From Vicugna vicugna (taxonomy: Eukaryota), in NCBI GenBank assembly GCA_013265495.1, contig MU058584.1:3352508-3416507 (forward strand): a stretch of DNA of 64,000 bases. Direction: 5' to 3'. A program made the position numbers and the translations under genes. The notes under the pieces were generated by a model. That model was not told the DNA's origin. It made no database searches and saw nothing but the letters and a program-made list of their open reading frames with translations. Every line of letters starts with the position of its first letter. Position 1 is the stretch's first letter. Shown one piece after another: positions 49,881 to 64,000 of this stretch.

Positions 49881-51504
49881 AGAATTTGAGTTTCAGTAGA
49901 TTTTAGGTTCCAGGAAATAGACCAAGAAAAAAGCATTCAATTGGAGGAATTTAGTAATCTTTGTTGATTTGAGTTCCTTGCTGGGCTGCAATTTTGTGGA
50001 TAAATTTCATCCTTTATTTCCTGGTAATACATGCTAAGCCTTCATAAACAGGGAAGGGCAATAGTAGGCTAAATTATGGGGAAAATCATACAAAAGAGAA
50101 TATATCTTATTTTTCAAACTCAAAGTGAGACCACGTTATATCCAGTGGAGTGCCAATAAAATATAACTCATTATTCACAGACTTGGACCCTTGACATTCT
50201 CAAAGGGTTCATCTCTGACCTTCATGAGTCTCCAGAATCATGAATGTCACCATGACGTATAATTTCCACTATAAAGAGCAGTAAAGTGTAACTGAAAAAT
50301 GTGAGGGATTTTTTTTTCCAACTCTTAATGGTTCTATAAACATGGGACCAAGGTAATTTCTAAAGCTACTTAAATAAATTTTGCCATTAAAATAAACTGT
50401 TGACTTCATTACATCTGTACCTTATTAACTCCATATTTCTCTGACTCTGCAAAGAAAAAGAGTTAATCACAGTGTGAGAATCACTATATAGATGTCAATG
50501 AGAAGAGAAAGGCTAAGCTGTGCTGGGACACAAATGCCAGGTGTTAGGTGTGGTCCACTCACTAGTAAGCGGCTGACAAGTACACTCTCCTAGCTGACCA
50601 TTCACACCTGTGTCTCAGCAAATTATCTCACGACAGGGAGCTTTCAGATCACTCAATGGCGACAGTTTTCATCCATGAGTATTCTACCTGCAAATGCCAG
50701 TGGGCTCAGACGGATAGTTCTCAGAGCACAATAATGTATCTGTGCAGCTCTAAGTGTCTCTTTCTCTCTTGGCATAGGCAGTCTCCCCTGCCTCTCTTAG
50801 CATCACGTACCTGCCTCTGTTAGCACCTTTCTGGCTGTTTCACAGTTGTGTTTGCTCACACTTGTCTCCCTCAATACCATACACCCCTCAAGGGGATGTA
50901 TCATCATGCCCTGTCGCCCAGCCTAGTGCCTGGCACCTGCTCCATAAATGTTTAAAGGACTAAATTTATTTTTATTTCCTATAACTCAACTCCATAGCTT
51001 AACTGTCTCCTTACCTATGACCAACATATAATTTTATCCTACTTCTTTCTGCATCGTACCTCTTCGTCCTTCCACTGTCTTTCCCCGCAGTGTCCGTCCT
51101 TGATGTAAAAGCAATGCCCTTTGTCTTTGAGAACTATATACTGTTTCAAGGGTTATCAGTCCTAGGCACCAAGAAATGGAAAAACTTCAATGACAAGCCC
51201 TCGGTGACAATCATTCCTTGTGAATAACTTCATTCAAGTTTATTCTCAGGGCACAGCACAAATACTCCTTTGTACTTCAAGCTTCTGATGTTCCTGTGCA
51301 TGACAGAGCCCCTCAGTTCCCCGAGTTAGAGCCCTGGACCGCACTCTCCAGGACACTGGCCTCTGAACCCACTTTACAATCCACTCCCTCAGCCTCCGAT
51401 GACCCCACGCTCCACTCCGTCTTTCCAGAAGCAGGGCGAGCTCTGACTTTATTTTTTCCTATCAGTTGACTCATTACTCAATTTGTCAAGTGAGCTTGTT
51501 GGAA

Positions 51505-51685
51505 ACTCTGGGTCACAAAGGCCTATTTTCTAGTTGACCTTGGCAAAGATTTTCAGAAACAGTAGAACAGGCTACCAAAAGTTGTGGAGGAATTACCTCT
51601 GGAACTGCTTAAAATGGAGAGAATTTCTTTCTCGCTTAGATGGTCGTAAGACAGGCGAGAAGTTAAATGAATCCTCAAGGTCCAA
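51505..51685 (+). mobile_element. CR1/L3 3' fragment
   Basis: aacagtagaacaggctaccaaaagttgtggaggaattacctctggaactgcttaaaa resembles a CR1 3' end; similar weak pieces near 1170-1345, 14280-14450 and 15650-15830. Confidence 0.45.
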
Positions 51686-51691
51686 GAGAAC

Positions 51692-51850
51692 GGGGGGAGC
51701 TCAGGTGGTAGAGTGCATCCTTAGCATGCATGAGGTCCTGGGTTCAACCCCCAGTACCTCCTCTAAAAATAAATAAACTTAATTACCTCCCCCCAAATAA
51801 TTAAATAATACAATAATAAATAAATAAAATATTTTTAAAAAGAAAAAAAC
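51692..51850 (+). mobile_element. Vic-1-like SINE with extended AT-rich tail
   Basis: agctcaggtggtagagtgcatccttagcatgcatgaggtcctgggttcaacccccagtacctcc followed by an (AAAT)-rich tail. Confidence 0.85.
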
Positions 51851-53698
51851 TATTTTTTTTTGGAGGGGGTGAACTCCTCCTATCACCTCTTCAAGTGACC
51901 AATTTCACTTCCAAGCTAGGCTGAGAAGCTCTACATGAAGAGGACCCTGGCAATGGACTCAGGCTGCTTGGCTGAATGCGCTCAGCCCAAGACGTGGCAG
52001 CTGCTTCAAGTCGCCAATATTTATCAAGCTTTTCTGACCAGCCTCCTGTTACATCAGACTGCAGAGGCTACCCTAGTTTGTGAGCTATCCTGTTGAAGGT
52101 GACTCATGCCTGTCTCTGCCACAGAGTCCTTCTCTCGATCCTTCTCTACAGGGCTTGATGCTCTTCTTTTAATTCCATGATTCTGCAAATCCCAGTTCTC
52201 CTCTTGGCTTCTGACTCCTTTTTGCTCTTCCCCTCCCCCCCTGGGTACTATTTCTTAAGTGTCCTTCTTCCCCTGCCTGAACTCCCTCAGAGTATTTACC
52301 CATGCTGTTGGTTTTCACTGTTATTTTCCACGATGACTTCCAAGTTTGTCCCTCCAGCCTAAACATTTCCTGAACTCAAGGCCAGCGCCTCCATCTGTCT
52401 ACTAGATGCTTCCATGTGGACATACCGCCAGCTTCTCCATCTCAATGAGTTGACGCCTCTCCTCCTGCGAGCCAGTGTCTCCTCCTGACCACCCCATTTC
52501 CAGCTGAAGGTCCTTCCCTCTCCACTTTTGCCGCTCTCCTTCCGCACATTAAGGCAGAGCAGATTTTAATCATGATTCCCCCTATTGTAGAAACTTTTAG
52601 TGTTTTTCGTTACTATCAAATTTACTGCGTGTCTCTTGACTTGGTGTTAAAGTGCTCCGGGATGGAACACCTAGTGGCCTTTCAAGCCTTCTTTTCCCTC
52701 TACTTCCAACGTACCCAAGCAGGTGACTCATCATTGCCTCAACAGCCCTCCTTTCCTCTTCTCTGTCTTTGTTTAGACTTGATGTTCATATCCTATCCTG
52801 CTCCACGACAGTGATTAATAATAGCGATGATATTTGTCTCATTGATTCCAGCCTAAATCTGTGAGGTAACATCGTTATCCTCTTTTACTGATGGCAATGC
52901 AAAGAGACTAGGGGACTGCCCCAAAGTCACAACTAGCAAGTGGTTGGGCCAAGATTCAGATCTCTGTCTGACCACACATTACGACTCCTTGACACTCACA
53001 AGAACTTCTGCGAGCACTTCAGCTAGAAATGACCTTTTCAACCCCTGAACTCCTGCTCAGAATATACAGTGGTCACTGAGTAATTAGTACGTGAATGAAT
53101 AGAGTAGCAGAACTTTATAACAGCTTTATAGAAAGATCAAAGGAGAAGGAAGAGTCAAGGATAAATCCAGATTCCTAGGCTAACTGCTTACCAAATGATA
53201 ACATTATTGTCCAAGTGAAGAGTCACATGAGAAAAGAAGAGTTTGATGGGTTGGGGGCTACAGTGATCTTGGTACCAGGAAATCTGAGTATCCAAGTTGA
53301 AGATACACTGTAGGGAAGTCGCTGGTGGGTATATCTTGTTTGAGTTGTCATTTCAGAAATTATACTTTAGGGCAACTCCTTCTTTCTTTCATTTCTCCTT
53401 CCTCCCCTTTCTATCTCGCCTTTTCTTGGTATCTGGTATTATGATGGTGCTTAGAGATAGTGAGGCATGTGAGATATTGCATCCTGTTCTTACTTTGTTC
53501 GTAGCACTCACACTTTTAAAAATACTGTTTACTTACATGTCTTTCTGATGAACATATTATCATCCTCATCTTGAGTTTGTGCCTTATATTTAATTTGACT
53601 TTGTGTCCTCGGTGTCCTGGCATGTAGTAAATGCTCAAATAATGTTGAGTAAAGTGTGATCTGGTGTGGATAAAGGTGAAAGTATTTCAGGTTGAGAC

Positions 53699-53800
53699 TA
53701 GTGCTTTTCAAATTATAATGCGCATATTAATCCCCTGGGAATCTTGTTAAAGATTCTGATTCAGTAGGTCTGAGAGGGGGCAGAAATGAGATTCTGCATC
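53699..53800. mobile_element. MER5-like hAT-Charlie fragment
   Basis: aatcccctggggaatcttgttaaagattctgattcagtaggtctg...gagattctgcat. Confidence 0.65.
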
Positions 53801-55379
53801 GGGAGTGGCTTCCAGGTCCTTGTTATTCAAAATGCGACCTATGGACTGGCAGCATTGGCATTCAGGTTGAAAAGCACGATGGAGAGCGAGCAGCAGGAAA
53901 TTTAGTGTGTCTGAACACAGCACCAGGGAGGGTAGGCATGGGGACTGATGAGGTCAAAAAGGGAGGCTGGGATCAGAGCCCATGGATCCCTGTGTCTACA
54001 TGAGACAGAGGCAAGTACAGAGTTGGAAATCAGACGTACGTGGGTTCTAATCTCAGTTTTGACAAGTCTCATCAGTACAGTGTCAATGTCCCTAACCCTC
54101 ATTTTCCTTGTCTACAGCGTGAGAACCAAGTCTCCTTCACAGCGCTGCTGTGAGTGTTAACTATGTGTAAATTCTCTGGGTCAATGCCTGGCACATGGTG
54201 GGTGCTCAATAAATGGTACTGAGCACCATCACCAGGGTGGGTGATGGGCAGTGTGAGTCTGGGGCAGATGGAGGAAATACCATTTCTGCCTTTAGGACTT
54301 TCAAGAGTGGATGAATCTCAGGGTGGATGGGCGTCCTGGCTACCGTGCCTCCGTTTTCTGTTTTGATTTCATGACGGGAGGGGATAAACTGTAAACGGTG
54401 GCACGGCTTGAGGCCCCAGGTGGGATTTCCACTCACAGGTAGACCCAGGTTGGTAAACACCTTCAGCAGAGGGCAATTGCCTTCTCTGGATTTGCTTTGG
54501 CCTCAAAACTGCATTTCTTCTAGACGCCTTTCCTTCTTCTCCCTTCTCACCTCGCCCTTGGGTTGTCCTGCCAAACCCCAACTAATCTTGGATGAGGTGT
54601 GTTCGACCGTGATTCCTCCACGTGGGTCAGATAGCAGAGTTTAGATTAGGTCTGTGCCGCTCGATGCTGGAGCAGCCGTTCAGTGCCGTGGTCTATCCAT
54701 GTGCGCTCCTTCTCATCAGGGCTGGCTGCTGTCCTGCTCTTGTGCTGTGGGGGAGTCAGAGCCCCCACTATCCTCCAGCACACCCCTCTCCATCTCCTTT
54801 GCCTCTACTGCCATTCAGGGCTCATGATCCGGAGCGCTGGCCTCCAGAGCAATCTCCACCGGAGCAGAGGAAGAAAATAATAAAATTCCAACTTTTATGT
54901 GTGTTTTATTAATGCCCCTATCAGTGCTGTGGTGCTGATCTACATAATCCCTAAACTAACAGGCAAACCTATATGATAACGATGGATCTAGACAATTGCA
55001 CTTGCTTCTCACTGGTCTCGTCTCAATTCTGTCTTCTGCGTCACTCTGAGGATTCTTTCTCAAACACACTTCTCACTGTTCAGTGGCCTGTCTAAAACCA
55101 TTCATTCATTCATTCATTCATGTGCTGAGCAGCTGCTGTCTGTCAGGCATTGTATTAGGTGCTGGATTTATAAAGATGAGTAAGAAGCTGCCTTTGCCTT
55201 TACAGAATCCAGGAGACTGGGCTCCCTGTGATCTCACGCTCCCCCAGGTAATGAAAAAGACATGACAACCTGGTCCCTCCTGCCCTGCAGCCTCCTCTCC
55301 TAGCTCTCGCACTCACATTTAGCCACTTGGAGGGGACTCACGTTGCCCAGTTTTCACCCCTTGCGTTTTTCACTTTCAC

Positions 55380-55855
55380 ATCCCGCAAACATGTAAGCTC
55401 CATGAGGGCAGAAGTCTTTGCCTTTTTGTTCACTGTTGTATCTCAGATGCTCAGCACAGTACCCAGAATACTGTGGGTCTTAAATATTTACTGAACGCAA
55501 GACTGCCCAGCACCTGCGATGTCCCTCTTCTTTGAGGTCTTTTTACTCTGACAGATGTCTTTCTCAAAGCCAACTCATCTTTCAGGGCTCAACCTAAATG
55601 CCAGTTCCTCAGCAGTGCTTTTGACCTCCCAGACCCAGTGAGGGCTCACCGTTGTGCACCCGTAAAGCCCCCTGTACCCTTTCCTCACAGCACTTATCAT
55701 ACAAGAAATTCATCATGCCTGTGATTATTTAATTATGATCTGTTCTCCTTGTTAGATTATAAGCGCCATGAGGGTAGGAACTATGGTTTAATTTTGTCAT
55801 TGCTGTTTCCCCAGCCTTGAAAGTGGTTGTTTACAAAATATTTGTTGAATGAAGT
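55380..55855 (+). mobile_element. Two adjacent L2 3' ends
   Basis: tgtaagctccatgagggcag and ataagcgccatgagggtagg, each ending in aaatattt(g/a)..tgaa. Confidence 0.7.
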
Positions 55856-58800
55856 AAGGGCTTCATCGTGGTAACTTGCCCAGTATCCCTGTCCTCCTGG
55901 AGGTGTTGTCTTATTTCACCCTGGACACTCCCTTGCCCCCTGGGTGGGAAGGATGTCCCTGAACTCCACCCTGGTGGTCGAACCCTGATCCTTGCTCACA
56001 GACTTCCCTCCTGCTGCCTGCCTTCTCGCTGCTCCTGGATCTGCCCCACTTTGCCCCACTGCTGGACACATCTCTCGATCCATTAGGGGCTCTGGTGTAG
56101 AGGCCAGGCCTTCCTGACACCGTGCTGTCCCTGTGGGACTAGACACATTTCTCTCAGCACCTGCTTTGGGATCTCCACCTTAGTGTCAGGTCGCAACCCT
56201 CCTGGACTGCCCCACCATCCAGATTGCGTTGAGGACATGTGTCTGAAATACAACAGGAGATGGTGAGAAGCTGGTATGTGTATCCCCAGGGACTGATTGC
56301 ATAAGGGAGCTCTAATGCATGCTGTGTTTACTCAGAAAATTCAACCTGGGCCTCAGTCCAGGCTAAATAAATACAACACGAGGGTAGAACTCTTGGTGAG
56401 CATTTACCATTTGGAGCAAGTATTTTTATTACCGCTGGAAACTATTGACTGATGAATGGAAAGCAAGACCAAATCACATTATAATAAAGGGAAAGAGCAA
56501 TGAAGGAAGAAAACAATGCAAAAGGGAGAAAGAAAAACAGAGAGCCTCTCTAAATTGGGTACTGTGTTTACTGGAACTGAAACTAATTTTATCTGTATTG
56601 CTCAGTAAGTATGGCACACAGTGGAAACAAAATAGCATTAGTGTTTACACTTCCTGAGGCAATCGGAGACAACACCCACAATCCTATACCGACATGAGGC
56701 AAGTATCAAGCAGGTCACACATCACAATTCCATTTCACAAACATCCCACAGAGCTGGGTGGAGAAGGCCGTGCCTTTCCCCAAAATGTTTGAAGCACAAT
56801 TGATTGTATCTTAAAGTAGGCCCACAGCCTGGCACTGGGAGCTTTATTGGCAAGTTATGTCTCAGGCTTTGTGTCTCTCTGTTGACAGAGGACTGAAAGT
56901 GGTATCATCTTACTAGTCTCAGGCAGTCACATAAAGCCTTTGAGCCTCAGTTTCCTCGTTTGTATCCGTAATTCAAAAAGATGATCTTCATGGCTATCTC
57001 CAGATTTCCTCCTGGTTTTGTTTTGGGAAACACGTTATTATACTGCTTGGGGCAAAAGATGAGACTTTGACAACAGGAACTTGAGACCTAGTAAAAAGAT
57101 GTTAGTTGGTTCTCCCATAGAAATAAATACGAATTTGGCTGATGGGAAGAGAGTGGTGCAAAGGGAAGATGGAGGGAAGGAGGCGAGAGCGGGTGGCCCA
57201 CCCAAATAGGTAGGGAGACCTACCCATTAGTGGAAGGAGATCTAATGTCCAGTTTTAGAAGATTTGTGCTGTTTTTGCATGTAAAAAATCCATCCCTCTT
57301 TGTCCCCAAACCTTTAATATAGTTTTCCTTATTTACAAAGGCATTGTGTTTGTGTATAAAATAAAGAATAGGACTGAGTTCTATGTCTGGGTGTTAAAAG
57401 GCTAATAACCATGTAAGTTAGAATGAGACCAGAGCTGGAAAGTGACATGAAGTCAGAGTCAGAGGAGGCTATGAAGATGTACACCTCCTGGAATTGACAG
57501 AAACCTTGGAAAAGTGAATGAATTTTCTGAGGGCATAGGCAAGCATTTGAGCCAATCCAATGCTTCGTTCTCAAGGAGAAGGAAGACCTGAGGGTACCAG
57601 GTCACGTGCAAAATGGCAAAAACAAACAAAACACAGGGGCAGAAATCTTTGCGAGCACATACCATTGGAATAAGTAATTCTTTTTATTATTGCTGGAAAC
57701 GGCCCTGCCCTGTTTACCTTACATGGTTGTTACGGGCTGAGGAGGGCCATCAGTTGGCTAGTGCAGGTATGTGAAAGTTGATCACTTTGTGAGGTACTGT
57801 TCTCACTATTCCTGTTGTAGGGGGGCTTAACACCCTCTCTGCTTGCGTGCTTAGACTTTATGACTTAATTTTCATGCTGGAAAGCGTTACACAAAGGTTA
57901 TTGTTTGTTCTTCCTGATTGTCAGAGACCAGAGGCCACTCCATAGGGATAGTATCTTTCTAAGCCTGCTGTCTATGGTAATAACTAGAACAAATGCAAAA
58001 CTGAGAAATGTGGCAAAGGTATAAAGAGCAATTTCTTCCTAAAAGAGGAAGAAATTAAAATATGACATTAAACAAATGGGGAAAAAAATGAATGATCAGT
58101 GGGCGGGAATTCAGCTCCTTTTCCAGATGACAGAGAGTAATGGGGCCTAAAAAGAGGCAATCTAAAGGAAATTCTCAAGGTAAGGAACAGAGGCAAAAGC
58201 AAAAGAGATTTCACCTTCTATACCCGTTTCAGGGGGATGTGGAGACAATTGAGCAGAATGTGTAAAGCAGAAGATATATAAACAGAAATGACAAAAACCA
58301 AAAATACAGACTGGGAACATTAGTGTGATACAATCTATGTCAAACAAAAACAAAGGGGTCACTCCAGACATGTCAGACTGGGGCAGTGACCCCCAGTGCT
58401 CCCAACGTGGAGGACACCATCATCATGGAGCTGGCAGGCTGTGTCTGGGAGAACAGATGACTTCTAAGATGTAAAATGAGGAAGGCTCACTGGGCTGTTT
58501 GGCCTGTCTGGAAGTACCTATTAAATTTCAACTCAAACATTCTCTTTTCCATTTTTAATAGTGTTTCGGGAACAGAAGCAAAGGAAACTGAGTGTTTTGT
58601 TGGAGGTGAAATCAATGCCTAAAATGTCTAGAGAGCAGAGGGGCATGCTACAGGGCTGGGAGACTTTCAGCATCTCTTTACCTGTGGTAGAAGTCATCCA
58701 GAGGGCAGACATCTCAGAACAGCTCAAAGACTCTGATAATTTTTACTTCCTTCAGGCAGGGGTGGACAATGGTGGCATATGCTCAAAGGAGCAGAGTAGA

Positions 58801-59674
58801 GAACTGTCAGCCAGAACGGGAGTACATCTTATGTTTTTCCAGTAGCTCATACCATAATCTTAGGTGGATAATTTATCCTTCCTGAGCTTCAGCCTTTTCA
58901 CTGGAAAAATAGGATTAATCACATCTTCCTCATTGCCCTCAAATAGAATATTATACATGTAAATACTTTGACATGGTGGGGCTCTGAACACATGTAAGTC
59001 AGATGATGTAATTTCAAGTGGAAAAGACGACGTGTTTTGGAACACTTCCAATCCCCTCTAAGGATCCTTTCTTCCTTTTGGATTAGTTCTCTCTGTCCCC
59101 TAGAACACTAGCCTGTATCTCAAGTGAGTGTCAACTATTCTCTACTAAGGTGTTTAAGGATCAATGCTGTATGAAGGGTCTCCCACATGCCAGGCACTGT
59201 ACTAGCTAGCCACTGAGGATCCATCCAAAGATGAATTGGACACCATTCTTGTCCAGATGGAACCCACAGTCTAGGAAGAACATAATAATTATAATAGAAG
59301 AAGTCCTATGATAGAAGTCTTAATAGCATTCTGTGGGAGAGAGAGGAGAGATGAGGAGGAGGAGCCTGAGGCAGAAGGGGAAGCTTTCTTAGAACACAAG
59401 AACGTATCTGTTCCAGCATGTGAAGGAGGAATAAGGGTTCCCCATTGAAAGGACAAGTGAGGACAGTGTTTGCAGGGGGATAGCTTGAGCAAAGGCATGA
59501 CCATATGGAGTTACTTTATATATTTAGGAAACAGAAAGAAGTCTGATGCTCAGATAAATCCTGAGTTAGGGGTGGAATAGGGAAAGATGGAAAACAAAAT
59601 AGGATGGGCTGCTGGGGGCCAGGTCTATTAAAGGAATTGGAGCAGATTGGAAAAGCAATGGAGTGTTAAATCAT

Positions 59675-62590
59675 AATAGCTTTCTTGGGTTAAACCCCAT
59701 TTGATCATGATGAATTATCTTCTTTATATGTTGTTAGCTTGGGTTTGCTAAAATTGGGTATTATTTAGTGGTTTATATTTTGTGGTTTTCTTAGTTGTAA
59801 TGTCATTGTCTGGTTTTGGTATCCATATAATGCAGGCTTCATAGAATAAGTTGGATGTGCTCCCTCTTTGTAGTGTTCATTTTGTATTGCTGCTGAACAA
59901 ATTAAAAGAGATTTAGTGGCTTCAGACAATACAAATTTATTATCATACAGTTCTGGAGGTGAAAGTTCAAAGTGAATCTTACTGGACTAAAAATCAAGGT
60001 GTTGGCAAGACTGAGTTCCTTCTGGAGGTTCTAGGGGAGAATCCATTTTCTTGCCTTTTCTGGCTCCTGAGGGCTGCCTGCATTCCTTGGCTCACAGCCC
60101 CTTCTTAAGACCATCTTCAAAGCCAGAAGTGTCGTATCTTCTAATCTCTCTCTCATTCTAACTCTCCTGCCTCTGATTTCACTTATAGGGACTCTGGTGA
60201 CTACATTGGGCCCACCAGTATAATGAAGGGTCACCTCCCCATCTTAAGATCCTTAATCACAACTACAATGTTCCCTTTGCCATGGGAGGTAAGAAACACA
60301 TTCATATTCTTCCTACTTTTCTTCAATTTTTAAAGAAGAGTTTGTGTAGAATTGGTATTTGTTCTTCCTTAAATGTTTGGTAGAATTTGCCAATGAAGTC
60401 ATCTGGGCCTGGAGTTTTCCTCATAGGGAGATTTTTAGTTACAAAAGCAACTTCTTTAACAGATTTAAGACTATTCAAGCTATCTTTTCTTTTTTGAGAG
60501 AACTTCGGTAGATTATGGCTTTTAAAGAAAATTTGTATAATTTCGTATCAGTTGCTAAATTTATTGGCATAAAGTTGCTCATAATATTCCTTTGTTATCC
60601 TTTTAACTCTGTAGGATCTGTTGTGATACACACTCTCTCATTCTGATATTTGCTATTTGTGTCTTCTTTCCTCTTTTGTTCATGATCAATCTGTGTAGAA
60701 GTTTATAAATTTTACTGATATTCTTTCTCAAAGAACAAGCTTTGTTTTCACTGATTTTCTCTATTGCTACTCTCTTTTTTATTTTACTGATATAGGCTAT
60801 AATTATTAGCTTTCTTCTTTTCGCACTAGATTTAATTTACTTTTTTTCTAGTTTCTTAAGGTAGCATCTTAGGTTATTGATTTGAGACCTTTCTTATTTT
60901 CCAGTGGGTGTTTAATGCTATAAATTTCTCTCTGAGCATTGTGTTCATTGCATTTTATAAACCTTGACACGTTGGGTTTTCATCTTATTTCAATTCAAAA
61001 TAATTTATATTGTCCCTTGTGATTTCTTCTTTGACCCATGGTTTATTTATATGTGTGTCATTTAATGTATAAATACTTAGGGAGTTCTAGATTGATGGCT
61101 TTTTCTTTCAGCATTTTAAAGATGTTGCTCCATTTTTTTCTGACTTACATTATTCCCCAAGTGAAATCTCCTGTCATTCTTACCTTTGTTCCTCTATATG
61201 TGATGTATCTTTTTTTTTTTAATCTCACTGTTTTTAAGATTTCTGCGTTATCGTGGGTTTTAAGCAATCTGATTATGATGTGTTGTAGATGTTTTGTAAT
61301 ATTTCTTTTGAAATTCTTGGGTCTGTATCTACAGTTTTCAACAAATTTTGGGAAAAAAATCTTCATTATTTCTTCAAATAATTTTTCCTGCATATTCCTT
61401 TTTCCCTCATTTATGGCCACCAATTACACATACATGGGACTACTTGAAGTTCTTCCACAGCTCATTTATATGTTGTTTATTTTTAAAAACATTTTCTCCC
61501 TATATTTCACTTTGAATGTTTCTATGGTTATTCCTATTTCTATTCACTAAACTCCTTCTACATCATCTAACCTGCACTTACTATGATTGTATTTTTTCAT
61601 CTTAGATTTTTTTTCATTTATAAAAGTTCACTTTGGATCTTTAAAAAATACCTTTCATGTCTCTCCTTATCATGATCATAATTTCCACTATCTTTCTGAG
61701 TATGTGGAATGTAATAGTTGTTATAATGTCTTTCCTTAATAATTCTTTCATCTGGATAATTTCTGGGTCTGTTTCTATTGATTGATTCTACTGATTTTTA
61801 TCCACATGGATAATATTTTCTTGTTTGTTTGTATGCCTGATAATTTACCTCTGGATGCTAAGCATTTTACATTTTATGCTTTTGGGTGCTGAATTTTTTT
61901 GTACTTCTTTAAATGCTTCTGTGCTTTGTTCAGGATGTAGTCAAGGATCAAGCAGTTTGATCCTTTTGAGGCTTGCTTTTAAATTTTAAGTGGAATAAAG
62001 CAATCTTTTAGGTTGAGATAATTTGACAATATTCTTTTGAATACTCCTCCTGATACCCTGATATGTTACAGGTTTTGCTACTGTAATTTGGGGGAACACA
62101 AAGTATTCCCAGCCCTGCATGAGCTTTGGAAGCTCATGCTTCTTCTGCTCTTTTCTAATGTGTCTTTCTCCTACTTCTGCTAGTTTCCTCGTGCATAAAT
62201 ACTAATCGGTATTGAGCCAAAGAATCAAGGGAAACCCTCTGCAGAGCTCTAGAGTGCTCTCTGTGTGCAAATTCGTCTTTCCTGATGCTTTGCTCTGTGA
62301 ACTCTAGCTGCCTTGGGCTTCCCAAACTCCCAACTCTGTCTCCTCAACTCAGGGATACCCACTTGCCTGAGACTCCTCTCTCTATTCTTTGTCCAGGAAA
62401 CTCTTTCCAGGTATCAATCTGGGACAACCATAAGGCTCCCCTTCTTTGTTTCTTCTCTCTCAGGGGACTGTCTTTTATTGCTTGTTTTCCAACATCTAAA
62501 GCCCGTTATTCCATATACTTTGTTTTTTCAATTGTTTAAGGAGGGAGGGTAACTTTAGTCATTTTTACTCCATGTTGGTTGGAAGTAGAA
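59675..62590 (-). mobile_element. Degraded old L1 (ORF1 and ORF2 remnants plus 5' region)
   Basis: T-rich + strand; minus-strand frame 61145-61423 (EKLFEEIM..FPKF..HIIIRLLKT..EILK...ITYRGTKVRMTGDF) is a recognisable L1 ORF1p remnant; ORF2-like DNA at ~60300-61080. Confidence 0.85.
59870..60300 (-). mobile_element. MLT1 (MaLR) LTR nested in the L1
   Basis: aaatttattatcatacagttctggagg...tcaaggtgttggcaag...ttctaggggagaatccattttcttgccttttc...ccatcttcaaagccag is typical of MLT1C/D. Confidence 0.8.
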
Positions 62591-64000
62591 TTAGACATAA
62601 AATAGCTTAAGATGAGATTGCTTAAAGATTTGACTTTTTAAGAAGATTTAGATCCAAAAGAATAATGCCATCATCATGAAAATCTAGAGCATGGAAACCA
62701 AGAGTATGGTAGGGAGCAAAACTAAAATCTGTATAATCAGTTCCACCCTGCCTCAGGTCAGAAATTCACACTAGACCCTCCCAAAAGCTCTACTAGAGCA
62801 GAACACAGAAGCCCTCATCATCACTGGGTGCTGGGCATTGGTTTTACCCTTGGTTCTAGGAAACCCACTTGCCACAACCTGCTGGAAGTTGATGAAGTCA
62901 TCAGGCAGGGTTGGACCTGGGTCCCTGGTCACAATGGATTTTCCTGGCTTCCTTGAAGACTGTTTCTGCCTGTGTTTCCAAAGAAACAGGCCTGAGCCTC
63001 ACAGGGCCTCCTAACACCTCAACCCTGAAACTCAGGACTGAGAAGTGAAGCCATCCTCCCAGTGTCTCACTTCCACTCACTGGGATCAAGATTAACTCTG
63101 TAGCAGCAGAGTTATAATGAATGACCTTCATTTCTTAGAGTAACTCAAGTCTCTTGGGTGGAACAGGTCTCCTGGGGATAAGGAATAAGAGTTGGGCAGC
63201 TCCCTGTGCTGCAGGGGAAACTGGTGGCTTGGATGGTTGAGCATCCCTGATGACTGCCCTCTGGAAGCAGACAGATGGGAATAGAGTTATCTGTAGGTGA
63301 AGCCACTCTCGTAGGCCAAGAAACCTCATTTTAAAGAGTCTGGCTAAATGGCCTAGACGATCTTTTCCTTATATCTTCTTGGGACTCAGTATCACTTCCC
63401 TTCTGATTTCTTTTATTTGAGGCAGAGTCTTTGGAAGCCAATACTGAGGAGGTGCAGCCAGGTGGTCCTGTCAAGGGAAGCTCTCGCCTCCTTGAATGAT
63501 CATGAAGGCCTCTTCCTCAAGGAAAATTGTGATGGCTCCTATAATGATGACAGATTATCATAGGGATGATAAATGCCAGGCACCATCTCGGTACACTTTG
63601 CTTAGAAGACCCTGTGACTGTAGGCTGTATGCATATGTCTGCTGAATCAGCTGTAATGCCTAATATAGGTCAGGATACACAGTAGTCACACAGGAAATGC
63701 TCACTGAATGAAGCAGCAGAAAGAGTTTTATAGTCGTCATGGGCTTGGAGATGGATGCATTTACTGAGCTCTTCCTGAGTGTGTGGCACACGAAACTGAA
63801 AATGACATAGGGAGTTTTCCAGTCTGGGGCATAGAACTATAGTACAAAGCAAAAAGTTGTAATAGCTACAAAAGCAGTGATTCACAAAAGCCAGGAGGAA
63901 GAGAACCCTTAATTTTAGCTTCTTCCTTAAATAGTAGCCATCTGAAGATAATGTTGGTCTGTTTTCTAATCACATATTCTGAAAGCCTTCTTATGTTTGG

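Noticed and set aside
61038..61550. 170-aa hydrophobic ORF resembling a membrane protein
   Set aside because: It is the T-rich antisense strand of an L1 ORF1 remnant.

Overview
Mammalian genomic DNA, most likely camelid (alpaca/llama/camel), because it carries four short tRNA-derived SINEs of the Vic-1 type. The only supportable protein-coding sequence is coding exon 1 of FAM78B on the minus strand (46678-46940), inside a CpG island of about 2.2 kb. Positions 1-46677 are its long first intron and positions above ~48000 are upstream flank. Both are rich in old repeats (MIR, L2, CR1/L3, L1, MER20, MER58A, MER5, MLT1) and there is one ERV-type solo LTR. The other ORFs in the track look like chance frames or repeat remnants. 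I found no convincing novel biological system. The best leads are a uORF-rich, CAG/CCG-repeat-containing FAM78B leader; a candidate antisense non-coding exon; a probable miR-921 positional orthologue with an altered seed; a twin-primed inverted L1 mini-insertion; several local duplications; and a few candidate enhancer/CTCF motifs. Repeat family names come from recognition, not a database search, and repeat boundaries are approximate.
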